Below, one piece after another: positions 33,761 to 47,298 of a stretch of DNA of 64,000 bases. Within the stretch, counting starts at the first letter, position 1, and each line of letters starts with the position of its first letter. The notes below the pieces were generated by a model, which was not told the DNA's origin, searched no databases, and was given only the letters and a program-made list of their open reading frames with translations. This DNA is from Yuukianura sp. NJ FZ-2021 (Eukaryota): NCBI GenBank assembly GCA_046563655.1, contig CM102286.1, forward strand, positions 11,346,001 to 11,410,000. Direction: 5' to 3'. Made by a program: the position numbers and the translations under genes.

Positions 33761-34140
33761 TTAGAGTCAAAATAAAAATTCAATAATTTTACCAATTTTT
33801 TTTCTTATGAAGTGGAACAGTTTTTTTGATTGGGAGGACAGCATTTCGAGAAAAATTTTTGTCCCCTTTGCTCTGAACTTCCCTATTGGCCTGCCTGGTG
33901 TGGACTGAAGCGATGTTTCCGAATATTCTGACGAAAAGTCATCATATTGAGGGGGTTTAGCCTCGTCATAATTAAGTTACCACCCAACTCTTCCCCCACC
34001 CACTCTCAATTGTTTCAAGTCAAGTGGCGGCTCAACTTCTGCAAAAAGGTTGACGTAAGGGAAAGGGTTACTGATTGTGTCTCAATGCAGCTACAATTTG
34101 AGGAAACGGGTACATACGATTCCATTTTAAGTTTACATAC

Positions 34141-34278
34141 CTAGGAAACGTTGTTGCGGCTAGGTCACTATTTTAACGAAAATTTCATTACGTTTGTTTT
34201 TAAAATTCCGTCCTTATTCCGGCCTACGACAAAATATTTCTTACTAACGTCAGTGAAACGAAAAGTATAAATTGGGCT
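34141..34278. mobile_element. Truncated, diverged copy of the 48277-48448 MITE
   Basis: Shares AAAATTTCATTACGTTTG and the end GAAACGAAAAGTATAAATTGGGCT. Confidence 0.75.
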
Positions 34279-35008
34279 TATAGCCCAGCCAAGTCATAAT
34301 CCAACAGACCAGTAAGTATCCTGCCTGTTTGTAATCCCTAATCTGAGTTTTTGAATATTATATCTTACGAGCAAAATTGTTCCATTCATTGTATGAGCTA
34401 AAAATTATAGCTCACTTGAAACAAAAAAATTAAGCGTAAAATGTAATAAAGTGTAATTGGGACAGGTTAATCAGCGCAGTAGCCGTGCAGTCACAGTATG
34501 CATGCATAGTTTTTTTTTATAGCCGGTACGAATGGCAAACACTGAAGTGGCTGGATACAAACAGGTACGACAATCCTAATTGTAGAGTAGGCATAGCCGG
34601 ATGGATATGACTTTATGTCTACCACATGCATATTGTCCCTCCCTGTCGGTTTCTGTTTCATCCACTCCCTCGGCTTCAACGCGTCGCGTCGTTTTCCTTG
34701 GCTTTCCCTCTCGCATCACTGCATACCGGCAACCGGCCCGGCCCATCCACATCTCACACACTACACTTCAAAATTCGACATTCAAATCCATAGGCAGCGA
34801 GATATAAGCAGTGGTGCATTGGAGTGAATAATACCGGAGTCAATCATTTGCATTCAGAATCAGGTTTGTTATATTCGGTGTTCAACGTTTAAATCGTTTC
34901 TCGCGTAGATTCAACCTTGTTGTATTTTTACTCTGTTTCCGATCAGTTTCGATCATCTTCCATCAACGGACAAGATAAACTTGAGAGCCATTGACATTCA
35001 AGATCAAC

Positions 35009-37718
35009 ATGGCTTCCAAATCGTCAAAGAGGGCTTCGGCGACTTCCTCGTCTTCAACCCCGCAAGTTCCATCATCTTCATCTTCAGGTATGCTACTTGT
35101 CGTGGTTGATTTGATTACATCGTGGCACTATGAAATGGTTGAGTTGAGGTTCTTACACGAGTTTTTGGTTGTTGTTGTTGTTGCGCAAGACAATTAATTC
35201 TTTAGCGGATTACCGAATTCCTACTTAGCTCAATGCTAAATTCTACGTATTTCCTTCCCATCAGAACATGCAATTGTATGACGCTAAAGTTAAAATTAAA
35301 TCTGTTCTGATTTCAGTGCAAAGCCCAATGACTCCCACAAGGATGTCTCGGATTCAAGAGAAGAACACTCTGGCGTCTCTTAACGACAGACTGGCTGCGT
35401 ATATTGACCGTAACCAGCAACTGGAAAATGAGAATGCTAATATGTCGAAGCAGGTTTGGGAATTATTGCATTTTGTTCAATCAGCAATGCATTTAACATT
35501 TATGCTCCAAGTTACAGCATTTAACGATACAAGGAATCATGAATCATTGTTTATTTCTATTTTGTATTTCTATCCAGTTATCTTCAAGCGAGGAACATCT
35601 CACCCGCACCGTAAATCGTATTACGAACCAATTTGACAAACAACTTTCAGACGCACGTCGGCTTGTTGATGAGACAGCAAAGGACAAGGCCAAACTGTCC
35701 TTTGACTATGATCAACTGAAACAAGATTTCACGGAAACAAAGAATAAGTGAGCATTTAAATAATTGTATACTAAACTAAATTACTTATTGTAACCCAGGA
35801 CCAGCGACTAAATGTTTAATGTTTTCTGCTTTCAGACTGGACAAAAAATTGAAAGAAAGCAGTGCTTTGCAGAAGCATACGAATCAACTCGAAAGCCAAA
35901 TATTAACTCTTCAGAATATCAGCCAAAAGGCCACTGGAGACAAGGATAAGCTCGCAGCGGAGAAAAAGGTTTTTTAGTGGTTTTTCTTTTAGTTGACATA
36001 TCTATTTCTTCTTCGTCAAATTCACAGTTCAACGCGGAAGTACAACGTTAATTGATAATGTTGGTTATGTTTTGGGTTTAGGAACTTGATGCCGAAGTTG
36101 CTCGCTTGGCCCGAGAAGTGGATAATTTGAAGAGACAGTTGGAGGGTGAAACATTGAGACGGATTGACGCTGAAAACAAACTGAAAAGCAAGAGTGAAGA
36201 GTTCAATTTCAAGATGCAGCAAAGTGAAGAGTATATTGAAGAAATGCGAACTCACAAGACAGTGGAAATCCAGGAAGTGGGTGGACAACTTCAACAGGTA
36301 TAGCAGATAAATAGTAGCGATCGGACTAATTAAGCAATAATAGAGTGACTCAAGTGAATAAGTTGAACTTTATGGTGGGACTATTTGGGTGTTCGTTTGT
36401 TTCGTATTTTGCTGATTCTTTTTGTTACATTTCAGGAGTACGACAAGAAGCTACAGCAAAGTGTCCAAGAACTTCGTGAAGAATACGAAAACCAACTGCG
36501 AGCAAATAAGGATGAATTGGATAACTTGTACGATCAGAAGGTTGCCGATCTAAAAGCTCAATTGAAACGTTATCAAACTTCGGCTGGTTCCAAGGCAGAT
36601 GAAATTAACGAACTGGTTCAACGTATGGAAGCTCTCACAGGACAGGTGAACAAGCTTGAAGTGGAACGTAATACACTTTCTGACAAAGTGAAAGGATTGA
36701 CCCGGAAAATCGACGAGGATCAAAGCAAATTTTTTAAGATATTGGTTGAGCGAGATGACATGATCGAGAGTCTCACAAAAGAAAAGGCTGATATGCGTAC
36801 GGAATATCAGGAATTGATGGATACAAAAGTTGGACTGGATAATGAACTGGCCATGTATCGGAAGCTTTTGGAAGGAGAAGAGCGGAGGTTAGTAGTTTCA
36901 GCGGGACCGAACCGGCTACTCGGTTGAATCGGAGGAATCTGGTAGTTTATTTCTATTTCTTTTGTTCCAGATTGAGCCTCTCTCCGCGTGTGAGCTTTAG
37001 AGGTGACCCGGAGGGAACTCCAGTAGGCTCCAGACGAACGCCTCTCAGAGGCGGAATGAAACGGAAACGTACTACCATCGACGAATCCGAGTCGAGCACT
37101 TACGAAACTCAACACGATGCCCTTGGCGGTGACATCCAAATTATGGAAGACGATCCTGAGGGAAAGTTTATAAAACTCTGGAATAAGGGGGATAAGGTAT
37201 GACTGTCATTTTGCTTGTCAACTGACGATGGATCGCGCGTAGCTTTCATTAGTGGGTTGAACTTAATATTAAACTTTTGTATCATACAGGAAGTTTCGTT
37301 GTCAGGATGGCAGTTGATTCGTCGCTGTGGAGATAATGAAACTGTTCATAAGTTTCATCGTTCTGTTAAATTGGACAAAAATGCTACTTTGACGGTCTAC
37401 TCTTCAGATGTTCAGGGTGTCATCAATGATCCGCCGTCCGTCATTGTCATGAAGAGTCTCAAATGGTTCACTGGTGACCAAATCGCAACCATCCTTGTGA
37501 ATTCATCCGATGAGGTATAAAACTCACACTTTAAATTCATTGAATCTTTTTAATTTAAAATATTTTTACTAATTTTCCAATAGGAAGTTGCAAGACGAGA
37601 GAGTCGCCGGGTCCATGCTTCTTCCCAGCGACGTCGTATCGGAGTTGGGGCAGCGTCTGAAGATTTATTTCAACAGGAGACAGACGGCACCCAACCTGAT
37701 CGCTGCGTCATCTGCTAA
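35009..37718 (+). CDS. Lam: Nuclear lamin (B-type-like)
   Basis: SPMTPTRMSRIQEK, LNDRLAAYID, YRKLLEGEERRL, KRKR NLS, lamin tail domain, C-terminal CaaX CVIC*. Confidence 0.96.
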
Positions 37719-38802
37719 ACTTTGGAAGTGTACAATTGTCCGATTTTTTTCCTTGAAATACTACAGTAACTTTGACGTATTTAGAAAAAAGAAGAGGCCA
37801 ATTTCAATGTTTATTTATCAAGAAAATGCAGCAGCCTTATTAATTTCCCTGTCTCTCTTTTCCAAATCAATTTTGTAATTCATAGTACCTTTACCAGTCC
37901 CATCAATTAATTCATACTCTCACAAAACCGTGTTCTTAATGACTATTTTCTGATAAGTTTCTTGCAATAGTTTTTGTGGATAAGATTTTTTTGTTTATAA
38001 GGTATCATTGGGATCAGTGTCACACCACACCACATTTAGCTGAACCCCACAGACAAAATAAACTTATACCATGATTCATTTGTTAATTCGTATTAGATAG
38101 TACTTCTGTTTAGTTTATCATTTCTCGGAATTGCAACCTAACCTTACTCAATTTAACAAAGAACAATAGTATAATTGCGAGGATTAAAAGTGTCTATAAA
38201 GTGGGAAGCTCTCAAGTCTTCAAAGCATTAACGTAGTAAGACCTAATCAATAACTCCATCTTATTTTTAAATCTAATCTTATTTTGATTTCTGCGAGAGA
38301 TGCGAAATCTGAACCGCCTTTTGACCCGCCATGACTGTCATTGTCATATTTGATTCTCCGGGCGTTCAAATAAGGCAAACCAGGTTCAACAATTCAATTC
38401 TACATAACGACGAATATTTGCACGACCTCGAAAGTGAAGATTTTCAAACTCACCGGTTGAATTAATGTAATTTCCGTTTTAACAGTAGAGTTAATTAGAC
38501 AAATGTGTTGTGTGAGATATGCTGACCAAGAAACGTTTGTCAGACGAGAAAAAAAAAACTCCTACTGTCCTGCTTCAGCTAATCACTAGTGGCGCTCCCT
38601 TGACAACGAAAATAGAACTGAGTTCTTTGTTTCAAAATTTGCACACCGCTACCTCCCTCCCGCTTCCTTCCCTTCCCTACTCGCCTCACTCATCATCTTG
38701 ACGTCGAACAGGCAAGACGTACACTTCTCCAAGAGTCAAAATTCTAATTTTTTCAAATCCTCGAATCTTCAAAATTTCAACTTAAATTCCAAAAGCAACA
38801 GG

Positions 38803-39715
38803 ATGAGTGCACCGGTTGAGAAGAAAGGACTGCAGTCGTCGTACTTCGACAATGGACCAGGTCCTGCTGGAGTCATGTTGCCACCCACCATTGGGTTCAT
38901 CGATCATGACAAGACCAGAAAACAAATGCCCGCCTACAGCCTTGGACTTAAGCTGCCATCCACTCTCATTGGCAGCGGTCTTGGTCCTGGTCCAGTTTAT
39001 TACATCCCAAAAGGAATGACAGCCAAAGGCCCCGACGGCTCACCAGCTTACACTCTCCGGATGAAGACCAAAGTTATCGGTAAGCTTACAAATCAAAGAA
39101 TACTAGTACAACTTAACGAAGCGCTACTAATGATGTGATACATTTTGTTGCGAATTCACAGAGACTTTCAATACTGCAACTCCTGGACCGGCAGCTTACA
39201 ATCCAGAGATCAATGTCAATCGTCGCAAGGCTCCTGAGTACTCGCTCTCTTCACGTCATCGTCTCATTGAGCGCGGCTATGCTTCGCCAGGACCGATCTA
39301 CCTTCTTCCATCGACACTTGGACCTGTGATTCCAGACAAACCTGCGTTTGGAGCCGCTTCAATGTGAGTGAGAAATGTCTAACGTCAGTGTTACATGTTT
39401 GACAGTTCACTTAATTTCCAATTTACTCGTTTTAGTAAAAGCCGAGCGGTTGAGAAAACGGAGGAGAAGCGCTCACCAGGCCCCATCTATGACATTGGTC
39501 GTCCCGATTTGATCAAGTGGAGGGCAGGAGAGGTCTCCATCAAGGGCAGTCGAAAAGAACTCAAGGCACACACATATGCCGCTGGACCTGGATCATACAA
39601 TGTAGCCGAATGCACACACAAAATCTGGCGACAACCTCCAGCCTTCAGTATTGGAATTCGACACTCTCCGTTTGCCGGAACGATGTTGACCGAATGTGAC
39701 AAGCTGCCGTACTGA
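38803..39715 (+). CDS. ODF3/SHIPPO-repeat (PGP repeat) protein
   Basis: GPGPA..LPPTIGF..HD.T...PAYSLG, GPGP.Y, TPGPAAY, SPGP.Y, PAFSIGIRHS. Confidence 0.88.
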
Positions 39716-40371
39716 ACCCACTCAAACGCATACTCAACAACAATATCATATCTTACTTATCGCTAATGGTACAAATCAAATTCCAAATTTTTAATGTGAC
39801 AATCTTGGCATCTTTACACCTTACTTCAAATAAATTTTAACCAGTACGACATGAAATGGCGACATTTTCAAAATAATAATTGTAACGCTTCAATACCAGA
39901 AATAGTAGTTTTAAGAATCAGGTATTTTCTTAATTTACTACAAACATCAGCTTATTGCGCTGACTGCGAGGTAAATGGACAGCAGTGATTGATTAAACTT
40001 GTTAGGAACCAGAAACTGTAAATTAATCAGACGTTAGATACAAGACAAAGTCGCTTTAAACTGGATTTAATTAATTGGATTACAGAGCAAACGGCAGCAG
40101 AAACTGAACATGTAAAATTCGTTAACTTAAATGATTAATTAATTGTAGCACTCCGTTGCGTCCAAAGGTCCTAATATTAGCACATTAATATTTAGGAAAT
40201 AAATTGCGACAAAATGCTATGATTTGTGATTGGTACTCATTATAGCACAACATTTAGTTGAAACTGAATGATTAGTTTGGACTACTCCAGAATCAGGTAA
40301 TTAATTTCCAAGTATTTTATAAGTTGTAGGTAGCCCATAAATATTTAAATATTTCACAAATAGTTCAGGAT

Positions 40372-43300
40372 TTAATTGTACTGCAACGGCGTTGGGGAAG
40401 GAGGAGTTGGAGGACGAACTGACAAATCTGGTTCTCCACATGTCGCAGCATGGGTAAGAAGAGCCATTCTTGTTTGAAGAATCGTTTCACAAATTGGACA
40501 CTGAAACTCGTTCACGTCAGAAGCAAAGGTTGTAGATCCAGCTGAGGCAGGGTACTGTTGCTGTTGAGGAATAAACACAAACTGTTCTACAATTAGTACT
40601 TTGACCAAAAGTATTTGAGCTTATTATAATACTAAAGTCCAATCGCGCGTCTAAAGACGTCTGATCACTAAAAAGAATTTCCTAAATTCAAAGCGACCAC
40701 GTCGCATTTGAAAACGTTTTAAGGCATTCCGCTCTGTTTGATAACGAAATTGACATAAATAGTCAAACGAAAAGGAAACCAGTTATGACTTACTTCATCA
40801 CTGCTGGGACGATGATTGGATGAGGCTGATCCTGTTGCGGTACTGGAAAATCACAATCAAACAATACTGCAACAAATTAATTTATAAATTCAAGACAAAT
40901 AACAACATCCGACCAATACAGAACACAAGGAGCGACATGAACTCGACGTAGCATAAGAACGCAAAAAGTGGTTCAATTTCAAAAGTGAACCATCGAGTAG
41001 TCGACAAAAAAGACGCGCAGACTCAAGACGGGACAGGACAATATTTCAGAAAAGTATGTTATGAAACGGAATCAGTTTCTACCTGCTCAAATGTTGATTC
41101 GCCAGTTGGAGATGAGTGCGGTGCAACTGCGCTAACTCTGCTTCCTTAGCCTCCAACTGCATTTGCAAAGTCGTCAATTCATCGGCCAGTCTCACTTTCT
41201 GTTCTCGCATCGCAATTTTATCTCGGCGTTCATCCTCGAAATCGTTTCTGTATTCTTCCATCTGTATTAAAAAATGTATTCATAAATATACCTACCAATG
41301 TCAATGTGAGTAAACAAAGTATCAGCAGTACAACCGGAAATAAACAGGAAACACTGAAGTACATTTTGGTCAAAAATGGCACTGCTCATAATAATTACGT
41401 AGTAATTGAGTCATAAAGTAGGTGTACCCCTAACTGCAACCTAGTAATAGTGATGAATACGTGAATACCTGGGCAAGAAAAATGTTCTTCTCAGCGATAT
41501 CTGCTTCTAACTCGGAAATCTTCTTCTGCGTGTCGTGTTCCATTTGAGCCATCTTCGCTTTAATATCTTCAAGCTCTGCCACTGTCGAATTCATTTTTGT
41601 CTCAAGTGAATCTGCGTGATTACGTATGAGCTGCGATTTCTCCAAAAGTAGTTTGATATCTTCCGATTTCGCAGCGGAAGCGTTTTGCAAATCAGTGTTC
41701 ATTCGAAGCTGGTCCTCAAATAATGCTTTCGTTTCTGCCAATTGCTGTACCAAAGCCATGTTCTCCCCCTTAACATCCTTGAGTTCCTCTTGATCTTTCA
41801 AGTGTAGATCGGCCAACTTCGAAATTGTTTGCTTTGAATCTTCAAAGGCATCTGAAAGGACGTCGCGTTCCGCCTGAAGACTACCCAAAGAACTGGCCGA
41901 TGCCTTGGCCTCACTTAGTTCACTTTCCATTTTTCTAAGGAGCTCCTTCAGTTCTTGGGTTTGTTGGATTTCCTCTTTAAGTAGCGACTCTTTCTCGTTC
42001 AATTGTCGTTCCAAGCGACGAATATCCAATTCCGTATCACCTCCGTCAAGACTCTACAGTACACACAGTGAAATGACGTCATATCAGCCTTTTCATATGT
42101 ATTTAACTGAAACCTTAAAAAAGTCATTAAGATGTAGAGGTTCCAATCGAGGTGTAACTCACATTGCGAGGAGTTCCTTCCACCACTTTTGCTTCCAATT
42201 CAGCTATTTTAACTCTCAGCTATGAACATAAACAAGAATAAAATAAAAATTTCAGATATGCTACTTACAATTCGTTCAATTACTAACCGTTTCAATTACT
42301 GATCGACTTCTGTCATATTTCAGCTCCTGTTCCTTCGCTTCAGCTTGGCTTCTCGCGATAACCATTTCCAATTCCTTGCAATTTTGCAAGAATTCCTTTT
42401 GCTTTTCATTCAATTCCCGCACGAACGCTGAACGTAAAACCACCCCGTCATTTTAATTTTCAATTCCTAATAATCATGCCCATCCGTTCGCTATCTATGG
42501 CTGTCGCTTTTTTAGTATGCTGTTTTTACCTCGCAGGCCAACGTTCTCTTCCAACAACTGAGTCACTTTATGGCTGGCTTCCTCAAAGCTGGTCGTAGAG
42601 TCGGTACTGCAAAAGGATACGCTTGAAATAACAGATTTCATGTTTCCTTCTTCCGTGTTTTCCTTTTCAGTCTCACGACAGCTAACTTTCAGGGTGTTGC
42701 TTGTATCTGCCGGTGTTAAGGAACTGCCGCTCGCTCCCTCAACAGCTTCCTTTATCGAAGACATTTCCTTCGTTGGGGTAGGGCATGCCTGGTTATCGAG
42801 AGCTGTTAGCAGCGCACTCTTTTGCATATTGCTCTGTTGTAGTTGTCCAAGCTAAATATGAGAAACAGACAATTTAGGTTAAAAATAAGCGAAATGTGGC
42901 TATAGGTTTTCCCTTTCGGCCCGAACTTCGGCCACAGTTCTACGCCCGTATAATCGGTAACACGCCTTTGCTAAGAATGAAATGCTCTGATTGAATTACC
43001 ACAAACTAATTGCTCCGAAAGGTAAATTCCCCAGATACACAAGTTACTGCAAAATTAATAACTTTACATTAATGTGTTTAGGTCATAAATCATAAGGTTA
43101 GAATAGGTTCAGTTAACAATCATGAGATTATGTTTGGTTAAGCAATTTCCTTTCGGATTATTAAGGAGCAATTCATTTAGAGCAATGGCATGAACCCAGT
43201 AATCTCTTCGTCGATCCACAGATTATAGCAGCCGGAATCGAGTCAATGAAATGAAAAAAATGTTACAGCTAAGTTACCCACCTGAAAAACGTTCAAGTTG

Positions 43301-43449
43301 TCGTCTTCCGGAGAGCTGTCATCTTGAGTCGTATGAACGCAATTACTTGGTAATATTATAAAGGACCCCTCCACCTCGTCGCCGACATCATTTTCCGGAA
43401 GTTCATCTGATCGGGGGCGACTGCTTCCTTCGTGTGTGAACCGATCCAT
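40372..43449 (-). CDS. NEMO/optineurin (kenny)-like coiled-coil protein
   Basis: N-terminal LIR-like EGSFIIL, LLEENVGLR, long coiled coil, UBAN-type YRNDFEDER, C-terminal zinc finger CPIC...H...C. Confidence 0.8.
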
Positions 43450-44329
43450 GGCGTTAACAGGGCTGTATTGTAATTTGCAACCAAACCGGGGAAGTGGTTA
43501 ATCAGTAACCCTCCAAATCTATTTATACAATGTATTTATACATGTAATATAAGAAATTAAAACCTTTGTGTACTGCTACTGACCTTCGGAAACCACTGGA
43601 AAAGATCTTTTCAGCGTTTTGACTTTCTGATTACACACTGCGATTGGCATTTAATGTTTAGTCATCGATGACTAATAAACCACACTAATACTTTGAAAAC
43701 TCTAAAAACAAATCTAAGTTTTGCGGAAGTTTATAAAATCTTTTTAATTGTAAGTCCAAACAAATGGGCTTGACTAGTCCGCGGAATTAACTGATACCTT
43801 GTTATGAATGCTTCAATACTATGAATTAGCTGATTCCTAGGTCCTCTGTATGAATCCTCGCTGAATTTTTGTTTGAAGTCTCGTCCGAATTTTTTTCCTC
43901 AAAACCCTTTCTGAATTTTGGGAAATAGAGGAACAAATTGAAAGCTATGCCTCCCTAAAAGTTTGCTCTAGACTAGACATGCTAGAAAACCTCACGTGCT
44001 CATGATAGTGATTAAGTTTACGGGTTAATGTAAACCGTGATGGTTTAGCCTTAGGTGTTTCTTTCAGCGTCGTGGTTACATGACATGATTGCTGTTGTTG
44101 TGGACGTAATTTCGGTTTACCCGAACCGGTACCTGGTATTTGGTTAATACTCCGTATATAGAATTGGAATTGGAATTACAATTGCAGTAAATCTTGCGTT
44201 TTCATCGTACGTTATAAAAGTTATGAGCTCTTCGAATAGAGTTCCTTTTCAACCTATCCCCGTTTTCAAATGATTAATAGCTACCTCTGTCTTTCTGTTC
44301 TCACTATTTCTACGAATTGTCGGGTTTTG

Positions 44330-45717
44330 TATGAGGGGAGATCGACTGCTTTTCAACACGATTTGCTGCAAACTATTTTTTAAAAACACAAGCAAAAATA
44401 ACTTGCAGAAAATCAAGGTGTCAAAAATTGTTTGTAGAAAATGTTAACATTTAACATTCTCTGCATGCTTTTTTCTTGTAGAAAATCGAGATGTCCAATA
44501 AAACTTGCGGAGAATCGAGATGTTCAAAAAAACTTGCGGAGAATCGAGATGTTCAGAAAAACTTGCGGAGAATCGAGATGTTCAAAAAAACTTGTGGAAA
44601 ATCGAGACGTTCAAAAGCTTGCAGCAAATTGTGATGTAATTTGAGATGCCACATGCGCAGTACGCTCTGAGTAGAGAATAGCAAAACGCAAGGAGTCGTG
44701 CGCCACCAAGTTTTGGTCTGTCGGCTAAATAATTTGAACTCAAATTATCAATGAAGCTCCTCATTGGGATGACCAGTGTTGTTAACTATTCTTTAATTAT
44801 ATTATATAATATATTATTATATAAATATCTAATCGAAACCAAACCTAAAACACTTATATTATAATAACAATATATTATAGCGATAATAATTGTTAAACTT
44901 CATCATAACGCTTATTTGTATAAATAATATATTATAATATGATATAAAATATCATAAATCTAATGATAATAATATTTATATAATAATAGGATTTTGGAAT
45001 GACCAGTTTTGTTCTTTGAAATATTTTTAAGTTATAATAAGAAGTCTCTTCAGAGAAGCCTTTGAATACTTAACTGAGAATACAACTATTATTATTAATA
45101 TCATATTATAAGATATTATTATACAAATACGCCTTTTAATGAAGTATGACAGTTATTATCCCCAAAATACATTGTTGATATTATATAAATGTTTTAGTTT
45201 AGGTTCCGATTAGATTAGATATTAATATAATAATATATTATATGATATAATTGAAGAATGGTTAACAACACTGGTCATCCCAATGAGGAGCTTCATTGAT
45301 AATTTGAGTTCAAATTATTTAGCCGACAGGCCAAAACTTGGTGGCGCACGACTCTTTGCGTGTTGCTATTCTCTGGTAAGAGCGTAATGCGCATGTGGCA
45401 TCTCAAATTACATGACGATTTGCTGCAAGCTTTTGAACGTCTCGATTTTCCACAAGTTTTTTTGAACGTCTCGATTCTCCGCAAGTTTTTTTGAACGTCT
45501 CGATTCTCCGCAAGTTTTTTTGAACGTCTCGATTCTCCGCAAGTTTTATTGGACGTCTCGATTTTCTACAAGGAAAAAGCATGCAGAAAATGTTAAATGT
45601 TAACATTTTCTACAAACAATTTTAAACATCTCGATTTTCTGCAAGTTATTTTTGGTTGTGTTTTTAAAAAAAAGTTTGCAGCAAATCGTGTTGAAAAGCA
45701 GTCGATCTCCCCTCATA
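44330..45717. mobile_element. Foldback-like non-autonomous element (~600-bp imperfect inverted arms, AT-rich centre)
   Basis: TATGAGGGGAGATCGACTGC...GCAGTCGATCTCCCCTCATA; internal ~28-bp tandem repeats (AAACTTGCGGAGAATCGAGA); GTTTTG(TA) on both flanks. Confidence 0.88.
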
Positions 45718-45914
45718 GTTTTGTACCCCGTCCGCTCATCTAGGTTGAAGTAAACTTTGAGTCCGGCCATTACACCGCCCAAATTGCATTGTATTGTACC
45801 CCCCCCCCCCCCCCATTAGAATCCTTGGCGGCAATTTCAAAAAAGCAACAAATCGCCCCCTCTACTGTTGATTTGTTGAGTTGCGCATAGATTTATGAAC
45901 TGTACCCCCCGTCC

Positions 45915-45952
45915 TTTATTAAATAGCGAAAGCTATTTAATAATCTGATTCA

Positions 45953-45996
<44 letters not shown>

Positions 45997-47071
45997 CACC
46001 TCAATTATCTCAGAAACTACTGGACGGATTTGATTCCGGTTTTCTCCTATCAACACCTCATGACCCCAACCTGGTCACTATTGAATATTATCCCCGTGGG
46101 GCAACTCCTTCCAGGTCAAAGGTCAAGGTCACCCGGTTCGATCCCCGGTAACCCGGAAAACGACCTCTACAAAAGTTGTTCATCTCGTCGAGACTAACAA
46201 CTTTTGTTTATATCACATGACCCCAAGTGACCTGCTTCCGGGTCAAAGGTCAACTTTTTTCATATTAACGTCCTCCTAGGTGGGATGCGGGGAGGAGCGC
46301 ACCCCACAGCGCCGGGTGACCCACCATCACACCCACGGGTGAGCCCAAGGTGGGTAAACAATAATTAAAGCTACATCAGGTTGTCCAGTAACTGGAACTT
46401 TTAAAATTTGTTTGAACAAAAAATTTTGACTTTCCATGGTAATTTTTTGCATGTGATGCAAATGGGATTGGTGCAGAATTGGTGCAGAAATTTGTTTGGA
46501 GTAAGATTTTTGGAAACCATGAGGAACTGGATAACCTCTTGTAGATTAATTGCAAATTGGTTGCTATAGCAACCTTGGGTGAGCCACACACACACCCGGG
46601 GAAACCTTCCCACATACCGGGGAAACCACGCCCCTCCCCGGGGAACCCACTCCCTCTCCCCCGGGGAACCCGCGCCCCTCCCCGGGGAACCCACTCCCTC
46701 TCCCCCGGGGAACCCACCCTCTCTCCCCCGGGGAACCCACTCCCTTTCCCCCGGGGAACCCACCCTCTCTTTCCCGGGGAACCCACCCCCTCTCCACCGG
46801 GGAACCCACCCCCTTTCTCTCGGGGAACGCACCCCTGCCTCTCCGGGGGTGAAGGGAAGGGGGCGAGAAAATCGGGGGAACCCACCCCCACGCTCCCTGG
46901 GGTGCGGAGCGAAAAAGTGGGGGGCACCCACCCCCACTTCTCCGGGGGGGGGCGGAAAAGTGGGGGGAACCCAGCCCCGCTCCCACTGGGGTAACTCCAC
47001 ATTCCTCACCTGGGGGAAACCGTCTTTTGGCTTGAGCTATTTCGTTATGCGCGGTTTACAACCGGTTTATT
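45915..47071 (+). mobile_element. DINE-1/Helentron-associated (HINE)-like element; second 3' end at ~54205-54289
   Basis: 5' hairpin TTATTAAATAGC-GAAA-GCTATTTAATAA, (TGTC)n microsatellite, ATCTCAGAAACTACTGGACGGATTTG core, 3' hairpin CGGTTTACAACCG followed by a T-rich end. Confidence 0.7.
46595..46990 (+). repeat. GC-rich ~21-bp tandem repeat (CCCCGGGGAACCCACTCCCTCT-like)
   Basis: Directly visible; source of the spurious Gly/Pro-rich ORFs. Confidence 0.9.
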
Positions 47072-47298
47072 GGTTATTCAGATATATAAGAATTAGTGTG
47101 GGTCTTAATAATATATGTAATTTGGAATTGGTTTTAAAATTTTGAATTGGCTACTGATATACTCAAAACTTCCACTTAAATTTCTAGCCTTTTGATAATT
47201 ACTTCATTTGTAGGTCCATGGGCGAATCCAGCGTTTGAGTCAAAATTATAAATTGAACATAAAGTTTTGAGTTACAATTTTATTCAATGTGGCAAGAC

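Noticed and set aside
46376..47145. Overlapping Gly/Pro-rich ORFs
   Set aside because: They derive from a GC-rich tandem repeat inside a non-autonomous element.
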